Below are positions 1 to 7,819 of a DNA stretch of 64,000 nucleotides, piece after piece. Each line of letters begins with the position of its first letter. The first letter of the stretch is position 1. Location: positions 27,848 to 91,847 of IMG/VR virus record IMGVR_UViG_3300047160_020067; one strand, given 5' to 3'. The notes below the pieces were generated by a model. That model did no database searches. It was not told where the DNA came from and worked only from the letters and a program-made list of their open reading frames with translations. Position numbers and translations under genes: made by a program. Source of the stretch: a virus.

Positions 1-1032
1 TGCCATTTCTTTCCACCGGCGCACCTGGCGAAATGTATGTATATCCGAATCGATTGAAATAAAAGTGATCTGTGCCCCGACTGCCGTGATCACACCTTGA
101 CCTTCGCGCAGGGCCATTTCCATTTCGCCAGAGCCCATTGAACCGGATGTGTCGATCACGAAAGCAACTTTAGGAATTGGAGAACGCATAACCGGAAGAA
201 TCGGACGACCGGTACCGTAACCTAGAGCTCCTTGGCGTCGCGTAGGACGATCATAACGGTAATCGACAGCACCTGGTCGATAGGCGATAGCCGCACGGCA
301 TTCACGAGCTAGTTCATCTTGCCAACGTACCTTGGCCGGTTGGAGATATTCGCCAGCCCACCGCAACCATCCTCCTGGGACGGTACCACGGCTTTTTTGT
401 GCCTCATCGCGAATTGCCTCAGCGGTTTCGTGCCGCACCCGCTTAATTTCCGCCTCACTACGCCCTTCTTTCGCTTCAGCGGAACCATCTTTTGGTTCAC
501 CGTTAACAGGATTACCGCCAGCAGAGCCGCATTTACCGGCTCCAAGGCGTCCTCCCACTTGATTCTTTTTCAATGCGTTGGGGAGATGTTGATAATACTC
601 TTCTGCGGTCAAACCATCTTTACAACCAAAACATGCGGGAAGAAGGACATATTTATTGTCTGGATTTTTTTCGTCACCGGGTTTGTACCAAGCAAATGGA
701 AGTTCCCAACCCCCCTCTTTGAGGTCGTCATTAATTTCGGCATCTGTCGCCATGTTCCATCCTAGATTGTCCGTGGGCGCGAATTTTTTACCGCGCGTTG
801 TATGATCCCGAAGCAGATGTCCAACTTCGTGAATTAAAGCCCCAGCAATCTGTGTCACGGTCCACTGTCCAAGTACTTCTGGGTCCCAAAGTAGTACGCC
901 ATGTTCAGTAACAGCAATTGTTCCTAACCCATCAACCGTGCGAGGCATTAAAGAAAAAAGCGCTGCTCTGAAATACGGCGCTTTTTCTTTCGCCATTAAC
1001 CGACCAGCAGCAAGTTTTTCTCTCGGCGTCAT
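1..1032 (-). CDS. DUF2201-like metallopeptidase plus VWA domain protein (3' end beyond window edge)
   Basis: Manual translation from ATG at 1032 (ATGA overlap with the AAA gene stop): MTPREKLAAGRL...ALIHEVGHLLRDH (HExxH)...VAFVIDTSGSM (MIDAS DxSxS). Not in the ORF track, apparently because the frame runs off the window edge. Confidence 0.85.
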   Translation of the reverse strand, partial: MTPREKLAAGRLMAKEKAPYFRAALFSLMPRTVDGLGTIAVTEHGVLLWDPEVLGQWTVTQIAGALIHEVGHLLRDHTTRGKKFAPTDNLGWNMATDAEINDDLKEGGWELPFAWYKPGDEKNPDNKYVLLPACFGCKDGLTAEEYYQHLPNALKKNQVGGRLGAGKCGSAGGNPVNGEPKDGSAEAKEGRSEAEIKRVRHETAEAIRDEAQKSRGTVPGGWLRWAGEYLQPAKVRWQDELARECRAAIAYRPGAVDYRYDRPTRRQGALGYGTGRPILPVMRSPIPKVAFVIDTSGSMGSGEMEMALREGQGVITAVGAQITFISIDSDIHTFRQVRRWKEMA

Positions 1033-2177
1033 TGCGGTACAACTCCTGCCGCTGCGAGTATCGGATTGAGTTTCATGAGTACATTTCGTGCTTCAGGCAT
1101 AGTGGCTAAACGTGACTTAACTAACGTACGCGCTGCAGGAACAATCACATCAGCGGCATCGCTGGCAACGTCATCTAGTAAGGTCCAAAGTTTTATGGCG
1201 CGAGGATTGCGTTTCTCGGCATTGCTCGGGGCAACAAGCGCAGCACAAGCCGAAAATATCGCAAGGGTCCGGTCAAGGCGCTTTTCTTCGTGGCGAAACT
1301 TAACCTTACCGTCTAGTAGCTCACCGGGATCAGGGAGATCTGTTTTTTCGCGCCAGCCGAAAAATTCTGAGGCTGTGCCAGCCCCCACAAACGCGCTTAC
1401 GAATTCCTCCTCCTCGACTTGTGACAATTCGTGTACGCTGGCGGATGCAAGCGCACGGGTTGCCATTTCCCAAGTACGTGGACTGGGCCATGCGCGCGAT
1501 GCTTCGGGATTGCCAAGTTTTGGCATTGCATGCAGATGGCTTGGACGACGGCGAATATAACTGGTTACGAGACCCTTGGCGATAGCGTGTGGATTATTCC
1601 AACATTTTAGAACACGCTCTTCTTCGTCGCCAGCATCAAATTTGCTGTCTCCATTACTGCCCCCAGTCAGCAGCCAGTCGCTCCAGGAATCAACATCGGG
1701 GTTCTCCCATCGAATATGACCAAAACGATTTGCCAAAGGGGGGGCAAGGTCCCAACCACCAGCAGCCTCATATGTGGCATTCTGAGCGGCAATAAAACGA
1801 ATACCAGATGGTAGCACAAGGTCACCGACAGCCCCGTCAAGTACGACGCGAAGCGTAGCGGCTTGGACTGCTGGAGGGGCGGTGTTCAACTCGTCCAAGA
1901 ATGCGACGCCGCGCTTGGCTTTACGCAAGCGGTCAGCCCAGCTTGGCGCAGCATAACGCATCGTACCATCCTCGTTTGGGATTGGTAGCCCGAGGAAGTC
2001 TGCCGGCTCGCGAAGGCTAGCAATAACCACTTCGATCGAAAGGCCATGATCCTGCGCGAGTTGATAAACCCGCGAGGTTTTTGCAGTACCTGGCTTCCCT
2101 TCGAGAAGAAGTGGTAATCCCCACCGACCATTCAAGCCGGGTGTGAAGATTGCTGCTTTGAGGATCTTATCATGCAT
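1029..2177 (-). CDS. MoxR-like AAA+ ATPase
   Basis: Walker A GKPGTAKT, Walker B AFLDELN, LANRF arginine finger, PSPRTWE motif; adjacent to a VWA partner. Confidence 0.85.
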   Translation of the reverse strand: MHDKILKAAIFTPGLNGRWGLPLLLEGKPGTAKTSRVYQLAQDHGLSIEVVIASLREPADFLGLPIPNEDGTMRYAAPSWADRLRKAKRGVAFLDELNTAPPAVQAATLRVVLDGAVGDLVLPSGIRFIAAQNATYEAAGGWDLAPPLANRFGHIRWENPDVDSWSDWLLTGGSNGDSKFDAGDEEERVLKCWNNPHAIAKGLVTSYIRRRPSHLHAMPKLGNPEASRAWPSPRTWEMATRALASASVHELSQVEEEEFVSAFVGAGTASEFFGWREKTDLPDPGELLDGKVKFRHEEKRLDRTLAIFSACAALVAPSNAEKRNPRAIKLWTLLDDVASDAADVIVPAARTLVKSRLATMPEARNVLMKLNPILAAAGVVPQ

Positions 2178-2195
2178 TACCGTTGCTCCATTCTG

Positions 2196-2948
2196 TTAGA
2201 GTTTCGCGCACGGTCCATGGTTTTCGTGATCATCTTGGCTCGCGCCTCTTGCATGGTTTTCGTTGTCGATGTGGTTCGCGTTCTCGGTCTGGTTTTCGCG
2301 TTTCCCACGGCAAAAGTCTTTGAAAAATGGTGTCCATTGTGCAGCGCCGCGTGACGCTAATACAACGCCAAGCATAGGTACCCCGCCCATATAGCGGTAC
2401 ACTCGAATGATTTCTTTGGTAAAGTCAGTTGCCTCTTGGATTGCCACGACTCGCCCAATGGACACCGTCTGGAAAAATGGTGCAAGCGCTTGCTTCAACC
2501 CGAAGGGGTAGTTGCGAGCGCGTGTCTCCAGCTCCTGAGCGTCGTCTGCGTTGCGCCCATATGAGACGAAGACGGCAAGCACTCCGATCTTTGGCGCCAG
2601 CTTGCGCACGGTCCATAGTGTGTCTGATCCAACGACCTTGCAGAAGTCGAGATTGGCAAAGTCGAAGCGCTCACGTCCGAATGCGTCGGTAACGTTGCCA
2701 AGATAGACGCGCTCGGCGCCGGCTTCGGCCGCCGCGCCAAGGTTTGCTTGCGCGGTTGGTCCGATATCAGCCGCTGTGATTTGTGGGCGCTTCAGCGAAC
2801 GCCGGGCGCAGCTAATTTCCTCAGCGGGCTCGGGGCCAGCAAGCATGAGCACCTTCGGGTGCCGCTTAGTAATCAGCGTGCTGGCGTTGCGGTAGAGGTC
2901 TTCGCGGACCGCCCGCTTCGCCGCGGTGATTTTGGTAAAGGCGCTCAT
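2196..2948 (-). CDS. Putative class I SAM-dependent methyltransferase; C-terminus encoded by TIGR repeats
   Basis: Rossmann-like motif order KVLMLAGP / ITAADI / YLGNV / FDFANLDFC; last ~35 codons are array repeats. Confidence 0.55.
   Translation of the reverse strand: MSAFTKITAAKRAVREDLYRNASTLITKRHPKVLMLAGPEPAEEISCARRSLKRPQITAADIGPTAQANLGAAAEAGAERVYLGNVTDAFGRERFDFANLDFCKVVGSDTLWTVRKLAPKIGVLAVFVSYGRNADDAQELETRARNYPFGLKQALAPFFQTVSIGRVVAIQEATDFTKEIIRVYRYMGGVPMLGVVLASRGAAQWTPFFKDFCRGKRENQTENANHIDNENHARGASQDDHENHGPCAKL
2200..2316 (-). ncRNA. TIGR-type guide array, segment 2 (about 3 units, first edge repeat degenerate)
   Basis: Minus strand: (cttttgccg) tgggaaacg CGAAAACCA gaccgagaa CGCGAACCA catcgacaa CGAAAACCA tgcaagagg CGCGAGCCA agatgatca CGAAAACCA tggaccgtg CGCGAAACT. 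Confidence 0.85.
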
Positions 2949-3096
2949 AGCGCCGCCTCGTTGGTTTTCGCGGTGGTTGTGGCTCGCGCGACTGTGGTGG
3001 TTGGTGTAGCGGTTATGGCTTGCGTATCCCCGGTGGTTTTCGTCATTGTTATGGCTAGCGCCTCTTCGTTGGTTTTCGTCTTTCCCGTGGCTCGCA
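2949..3096 (-). ncRNA. TIGR-type guide array, segment 1 (4 x 36-nt units)
   Basis: Minus strand: TGCGAGCCA cgggaaaga CGAAAACCA acgaagagg CGCTAGCCA taacaatga CGAAAACCA ccggggata CGCAAGCCA taaccgcta CACCAACCA ccacagtcg CGCGAGCCA caaccaccg CGAAAACCA acgaggcgg CGCT; exact 9/9/9/9 periodicity directly downstream of the Nop-domain gene. Confidence 0.9.
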
Positions 3097-3107
3097 TCTT
3101 CATTTCC

Positions 3108-4073
3108 TTATGCCGCGTGCCTGTGACCGAGGTACTGCTCCTGGTACGACTCACGAATCGGAAGCCCTTCGAATGCCCGCCACTTCAGCCAGATGTCCAA
3201 TAAAACCATCTTGACCATGTAGCGAAGCGCCGCGTTGTGCCGATGCCCATCGGACTGACCCCATCCGGCGCTCGCCTTGCGGTTCTTGTAGTTGTCGTAG
3301 AGCCTGCGCCACTCTGTGCGAGTGTCTTCGCCTGTTTCCTCATTGATCTTGCCGCCTGCCTTGAGGAGGCAGGTCCCGAGTACGCCGATGAGTTTCGTGC
3401 GGAGGAAGGCGTTGTAATGTAGCGCTTCACCTGAGGTGGGACGCTCAGCGCGACCGCTATCTACGAGTACAGACGTTGGTGCGACACTGCCTGCATGTGG
3501 GCATTTGATCTTCGCCTGCTTCGTGACGAAGTTGCCCTCGTCATCCTTCGCTTTGACGGCGCGTGCCTTCGGGTGCTCACCGTCTTCCTCGACGACGGTC
3601 CAGCACACCGAGCACCGTTTGCACGGCATCGGCGCGAGCCCAGCAAACCGCCACATCTTGGACGGTGTGGTCTCTCGCGCTATGTCGAACTCGGAGAGTA
3701 TGACGGCGGCGGATGCCACACCCAAGCCTCTATACTTGTCTTTGATATGCTGATTGTAGAACGGAATGGTGTATAGATGCTTCTCCACATCCTCTAGGCA
3801 CGTTTTTTCTAGGTTGCTGAGACTGTCGAGACGACCGTTGAGTGTCGCTTTGTCCTCGGAGCGTAGTTCGATCGTTGTCGCACGCGCCTTCTTACCTCCG
3901 TCTAGTTTTTTGTCCGAACGCCCACTAATCTGCATTCGGAGGAGTTGCACGTCGTAGAACATGCGCGTCTTTGCCTTAAGGGCGAGGCGCGATGGTGAGA
4001 TCGCGTGTTTATCTTGGCTGTGGCTCGCGTTGCTGGGCTGGTTTTCGCTGTTGGTTTGACTGTTCTTGGACAT
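3108..4073 (-). CDS. tasA: TasA-like Nop-domain RNA-guided protein (IS110/Nop56-related) with Cys/His insertion
   Basis: Coiled-coil N-terminus, GLGVASAAVILSEFDIAR..SKMWRFAGL, YNAFLRTKL, GHRHNAALRYMVKMVLLDIW, EGLP..Y.EQYLG; no N-terminal DEDD RuvC; flanked by a dual-repeat 36-nt array. Confidence 0.8.
   Translation of the reverse strand: MSKNSQTNSENQPSNASHSQDKHAISPSRLALKAKTRMFYDVQLLRMQISGRSDKKLDGGKKARATTIELRSEDKATLNGRLDSLSNLEKTCLEDVEKHLYTIPFYNQHIKDKYRGLGVASAAVILSEFDIARETTPSKMWRFAGLAPMPCKRCSVCWTVVEEDGEHPKARAVKAKDDEGNFVTKQAKIKCPHAGSVAPTSVLVDSGRAERPTSGEALHYNAFLRTKLIGVLGTCLLKAGGKINEETGEDTRTEWRRLYDNYKNRKASAGWGQSDGHRHNAALRYMVKMVLLDIWLKWRAFEGLPIRESYQEQYLGHRHAA
4021..4065 (-). repeat. Single TIGR-like unit inside the 5' end of tasA
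   Basis: gaacagtca aaccaacag CGAAAACCA gcccagcaa CGCGAGCCA, same repeats and spacing as the downstream arrays; encodes ENQ..ASH. Confidence 0.65.
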
Positions 4074-4102
4074 TGTTATGATTTCCTTTGCCTTTTTGTT
4101 GG

Positions 4103-4447
4103 TTATGACCCCACCATGACACCGCGGCAGCAGCGTTGTGGAACTTCAATAAAATTCGGACCATTTTGGAGCGTCAACATTTGTTCACCGTCATCCCGGA
4201 TACGAATCGAAACCGCCTCCCACAGACCCGAAATGGCGCGGCCATTCGAATCGAAGCAGTTCTCAACACAGACCATTGCAATAGGTTGCGTATTGCGACG
4301 CTTACGCGTTTTGGGGGTTACTGGCTTGGTCGGTGCGGCTAGCGTAGAATGAATTGCGCGATTAGATACGGGTGTAGGTTCAGAAACCGGCAATGGAACC
4401 TTACGAATTACACCAAGAGGTAGCGTCGTCGTGGTTCGGCGCGTCAT
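4103..4447 (-). CDS. Hypothetical protein
   Basis: Coupled (ATGA) to upstream ORF; same apparent operon as tasA. Confidence 0.55.
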   Translation of the reverse strand: MTRRTTTTLPLGVIRKVPLPVSEPTPVSNRAIHSTLAAPTKPVTPKTRKRRNTQPIAMVCVENCFDSNGRAISGLWEAVSIRIRDDGEQMLTLQNGPNFIEVPQRCCRGVMVGS

Positions 4448-4626
4448 TTGCGCACCACCTTGCGGGTAAAGAGATCAGCCAAACATTCACTTGCCGCCTT
4501 ACCAACTCGGTCAGGATGGACTTTGGTCCGTGCGGTCATGGTTTTCCCGTTCAGCCGCAGTTTGACGTCAACCAGCATATTAGGCTGTGGAATTCTGACG
4601 ATGGTGATGGCGCCGCCGTTCTTCAT
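4444..4626 (-). CDS. Hypothetical protein
   Basis: Tightly packed minus-strand ORF. Confidence 0.5.
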   Translation of the reverse strand: MKNGGAITIVRIPQPNMLVDVKLRLNGKTMTARTKVHPDRVGKAASECLADLFTRKVVRK

Positions 4627-4628
4627 TT

Positions 4629-4832
4629 TTAATGAATCTCCTTGTACGTTGTTGCAACTTGCGCTTCGGTGTCAGCGAACAGCTCTTCAGCTTCCCAGAG
4701 GCTGCCAACTTGGAGCTCAGTTGCGTGTCCATCAACGTATGCACACCACGTGCCATGCTTGGGGCGAAGTTCGATTTTGCAACCAGCAACCGTATACCAG
4801 CGACTTGTTCTCATGATTTGATAATACTGCAC
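4629..4832 (-). CDS. Hypothetical protein
   Basis: First ORF of the leftward operon; start uncertain. Confidence 0.45.
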   Translation of the reverse strand: MQYYQIMRTSRWYTVAGCKIELRPKHGTWCAYVDGHATELQVGSLWEAEELFADTEAQVATTYKEIH

Positions 4833-4989
4833 GTGTCGTGCCAGGCAGGGGCAATGGTATTTCGAGCATTTACAGTGTGAAATAAGTTACATATGGACCA
4901 AAAATGTCACTACGTAGTGCAAAAATTGTCACCTTTATTTGCTTAGCTTGCGGTACTGGCGTGAAGAAAATTGGCAAGGCAAGAGGGTA

Positions 4990-5805
4990 ATGAATAACCC
5001 TAAAATCTACAAAACCAGCCGCGGTACGCAGTATTTCTGCGAACCGGGTATCGCGCTTATCTCTGCTCCTACCTTTAATTTACGAGAGGTTGACAATTTT
5101 TGCGAAAGCTTTGGTGGCGCCTTTGATAACTACACCGATGACCCGTGCCCTCGCGGTTGTGCGGCTGGTCTGATCAAGTTCGCTGGGCAGGTGTGCTATC
5201 TGTCCCTCGGCGAGAAGCGCACCATGAACGCCGACGCCGCGCGGTACTTCGATAACATCCTCTCAAGCGGGCACGGGTCTGTTCTGGAGCACGCGACATT
5301 CTCGTTTCTACTATGGGGGATTTCGCGTTCGCTCACGCACGAACTGGTTCGCCATCGCACCGGCACCGCGTTCAGTCAGGTTTCGCAGCGCTACGTAAAC
5401 AATTCTGTTCTTCGCTTCGTAGAGCGCCCCGAGTGGCAAACCTGCCCCGATCTCCACGCCGCCTTCGTGAAACGTATTGACGAAGCGGCGTACCTGTATG
5501 AAACGCTCACTTGCACGCTGCTCGCGCGGTTGCCAGAAGGCGGTACGAATAGAGATCGTCGTAAGGCGGTTCAGCAGGCCTCACGCAGTTTGCTTCCAAA
5601 CGAAACGGAAGCCCCAATGGTGTTTTCCGCCAACGTGCGCGCTCTACGCCACATCATTGAGATGCGTGGCAGCAAGCACGCTGAGCCAGAAATTCGCCTG
5701 CTTGCACACCGATTGCTTATGCTGATGAAGAATGTAGAACCGCTGCTTTTTGCTGACTATTCTATCGATAATGGAGATGTTTTGACCAATTGGAGAAAGG
5801 TATGA
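4990..5805 (+). CDS. thyX: FAD-dependent thymidylate synthase ThyX
   Basis: GHGSVLEH and SRSLTHELVRHR...SQVSQRY signature; ATG at 4990 preceded by GAGGG. Confidence 0.95.
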   Translation: MNNPKIYKTSRGTQYFCEPGIALISAPTFNLREVDNFCESFGGAFDNYTDDPCPRGCAAGLIKFAGQVCYLSLGEKRTMNADAARYFDNILSSGHGSVLEHATFSFLLWGISRSLTHELVRHRTGTAFSQVSQRYVNNSVLRFVERPEWQTCPDLHAAFVKRIDEAAYLYETLTCTLLARLPEGGTNRDRRKAVQQASRSLLPNETEAPMVFSANVRALRHIIEMRGSKHAEPEIRLLAHRLLMLMKNVEPLLFADYSIDNGDVLTNWRKV

Positions 5806-6131
5806 TCAAAAGGACTATTGAAAAAATGACAGTTTACGCAATTCAGTGCCCATCTTGTCATGACACAATCTATAGCCGCGCTCGGCATGACTGCCATCCG
5901 TGCTCGTGCGGCGCCGTCTCCATCGATGGGGGGTTAGCATATACTCGTGTCCTCTGGGACGAGAAGAAACTCGGCGGTAGTGGGCTCCCTCCTATTGATC
6001 GCGTCGTCATTGGCGCCACGCCGAAGCAGCTTTGGGAGGACTGGAACTCAGGCAAAGACAAATTCGGCTGGATCAAGGAAGCAAAGATAAAGGCGAAGCG
6101 TCCACGACGCGGGTGTAGAAAGCCATCGTGA
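5802..6131 (+). CDS. Zn-ribbon phage protein
   Basis: CPSC...HDCHPCSCGAVSIDGG; ATGA overlap with thyX stop. Confidence 0.7.
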   Translation: MIKRTIEKMTVYAIQCPSCHDTIYSRARHDCHPCSCGAVSIDGGLAYTRVLWDEKKLGGSGLPPIDRVVIGATPKQLWEDWNSGKDKFGWIKEAKIKAKRPRRGCRKPS

Positions 6132-6445
6132 TGGTTCATGTCCCATCTAAGACGACACTCAAGAAGTACGGGCTGACCGAAGCTCGCTGGCGCACGATGT
6201 TGAAGCGACAAGATGGGGTCTGCTTCGTGTGTCAAAGGCTTCCCCCAAGTGCCCGTCTCTGTGTGGATCATGAGCACGTCAGGGGGTGGAAACGTATGCC
6301 TGACACTGAGCGACGACGTTTCATCAGAGGATTGCTGTGTAACTATTGCAATTACAGACTTCTCCCAAAGGGTGTCACGCTGGACCGTTCCCGGCGAGTC
6401 GTCCTCTATCTCGAACGCTATGAAGCGCGGCGCCCGTGCCGATGA
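6128..6445 (+). CDS. Endonuclease VII-like (His-Me finger) protein
   Basis: KYGLT..Q.GVCFVC...LCVDHEH...IRGLLCNYCN. Confidence 0.85.
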   Translation: MMVHVPSKTTLKKYGLTEARWRTMLKRQDGVCFVCQRLPPSARLCVDHEHVRGWKRMPDTERRRFIRGLLCNYCNYRLLPKGVTLDRSRRVVLYLERYEARRPCR

Positions 6446-6527
6446 TAATCGCGCGTATTTCAGACGCACAGCGGCACTACTGGCTCCTACGTGAATGGCT
6501 GCCGGTATGGCCTGATCGGAGAAAAGT

Positions 6528-6935
6528 GTGACACCGACAGAAAAAGCAAATGCAGCATTTGATACCTATTGCGCACTAGACGCCCCACATACGCCTTATG
6601 GCCCGCATCCTTTGAGTGTGACTCAAGTGCAACTTTCCCGATGGCAGATTCGCAATTTTGGATCCCAAAGCGACGAATGTATCGCACTTGGGGCAGCTGA
6701 AGAAGTCGGTGAATTGGCTCACGCGGTGCTGAAGCATGTCCAAAAGATTCGTGGGATGGGGAATAAAGAGGCGTATAGAGCAGCAGCCGGTGACGCCATT
6801 GCTGACACGGTTGTGTATCTCGTGCAACTCTGTACATCTTTGCGTTTGGATTTCGGTACCCTATTTGAAGAGACCGCACGACAAGTCATGATGCGGGATT
6901 GGAAGGCAAATAAGGAAACTGGAGGCGAAGGATGA
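6528..6935 (+). CDS. MazG-like nucleotide pyrophosphohydrolase
   Basis: AEEVGELAHAVLK...DAIADTVVYL. Confidence 0.8.
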   Translation: MTPTEKANAAFDTYCALDAPHTPYGPHPLSVTQVQLSRWQIRNFGSQSDECIALGAAEEVGELAHAVLKHVQKIRGMGNKEAYRAAAGDAIADTVVYLVQLCTSLRLDFGTLFEETARQVMMRDWKANKETGGEG

Positions 6936-7177
6936 TTAGGAAAGCGTTTTATACTGAAGATACAGACCACTATCAACTATGTATTTTGGGCGACTATAAT
7001 GATGCATTGCGTATTTCACTTGTCCTTCCTGAACCGCATGTAAATAATAAGGAACTAGAAGTAGACATCGTTGATTATATTACTTTAGACCAGGAATCAG
7101 AGGAGGGTTTGCGGACTTTCTTGAATGACCGAGCACTAGAACGCGCACAGCAACCGCAAACAGAAAGAACTAAATAA
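6932..7177 (+). CDS. Hypothetical protein
   Basis: ATGA-coupled ORF between MazG-like and tmk. Confidence 0.55.
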   Translation: MIRKAFYTEDTDHYQLCILGDYNDALRISLVLPEPHVNNKELEVDIVDYITLDQESEEGLRTFLNDRALERAQQPQTERTK

Positions 7178-7819
7178 ATGCCAAACAAGATTACGAAAGA
7201 TGGAACAACGATTACATCGCCGCGTGGTAAATACATCGTATTCGAGGGAATTGATGGGGGTGGGAAAAGCACCCTTACCAGAGCATTGGTGAGCACGCTT
7301 AAAGATTTGAAAATCCCAGCGGTTGTGCTTCCATTCCCATCGCATCAAGGGGCGGTCGGAAAACTAATTCGTGATATATTTGCAGGACGCGCAAATGTAA
7401 ATGTCTATGCGATTCAGCATTTGATGGTGGCGGATCAAATTGATCATGAAGAACAAATCGAAGAGCTACTCGATAAGGGAGTCAATGTTATTCTCGACCG
7501 GCATGCTGCAATTTCAGCATTTGTGTATGGTGCGGAAGACCATACCGTTGAGGAGTTATTCGATGTCGTGCAGCCATCACGTTTTATGAAGCCCGATCTA
7601 ACTTTCGTGGTGGACGTACCGCCAGATGTTGCTCTAATGAGGCGTAAGGGTCGTGGGGAAGCCAATCCTTTTTTCGAAAATGACGATGTAGAACGCCTTG
7701 TTAGGCTACGTCAACGATACATGGCGCATGTATTGACGCACGACGAAGCCCTAGCTATCGATGGGACCAAATCTACTATCGCGCAGGTCGAAGAAATCGT
7801 TGCTCGGTTGTTTAGCTAG
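7178..7819 (+). CDS. tmk: Thymidylate kinase
   Basis: YIVFEGIDGGGKST P-loop, VILDRH, PDLTFVVDVPP. Confidence 0.9.
   Translation: MPNKITKDGTTITSPRGKYIVFEGIDGGGKSTLTRALVSTLKDLKIPAVVLPFPSHQGAVGKLIRDIFAGRANVNVYAIQHLMVADQIDHEEQIEELLDKGVNVILDRHAAISAFVYGAEDHTVEELFDVVQPSRFMKPDLTFVVDVPPDVALMRRKGRGEANPFFENDDVERLVRLRQRYMAHVLTHDEALAIDGTKSTIAQVEEIVARLFS

Noticed and set aside
2949-3096. CRISPR array
   Set aside because: Repeats and spacers are 9 nt with two alternating repeats; no cas genes are present.
3108-3110. Stop-codon reassignment allowing Tas-MTase readthrough
   Set aside because: TAA, TAG and TGA all terminate clearly bounded genes elsewhere in the window.
2945-3154. 69-aa Thr-rich ORF
   Set aside because: It is an alternative-frame translation of the TIGR array; a coupling leader peptide cannot be excluded, but nothing else supports it.
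3108-4073. IS110-family transposase
   Set aside because: It shares the C-terminal fold motifs but lacks the N-terminal DEDD RuvC domain; the flanking 36-nt dual-repeat array fits TIGR-Tas better.
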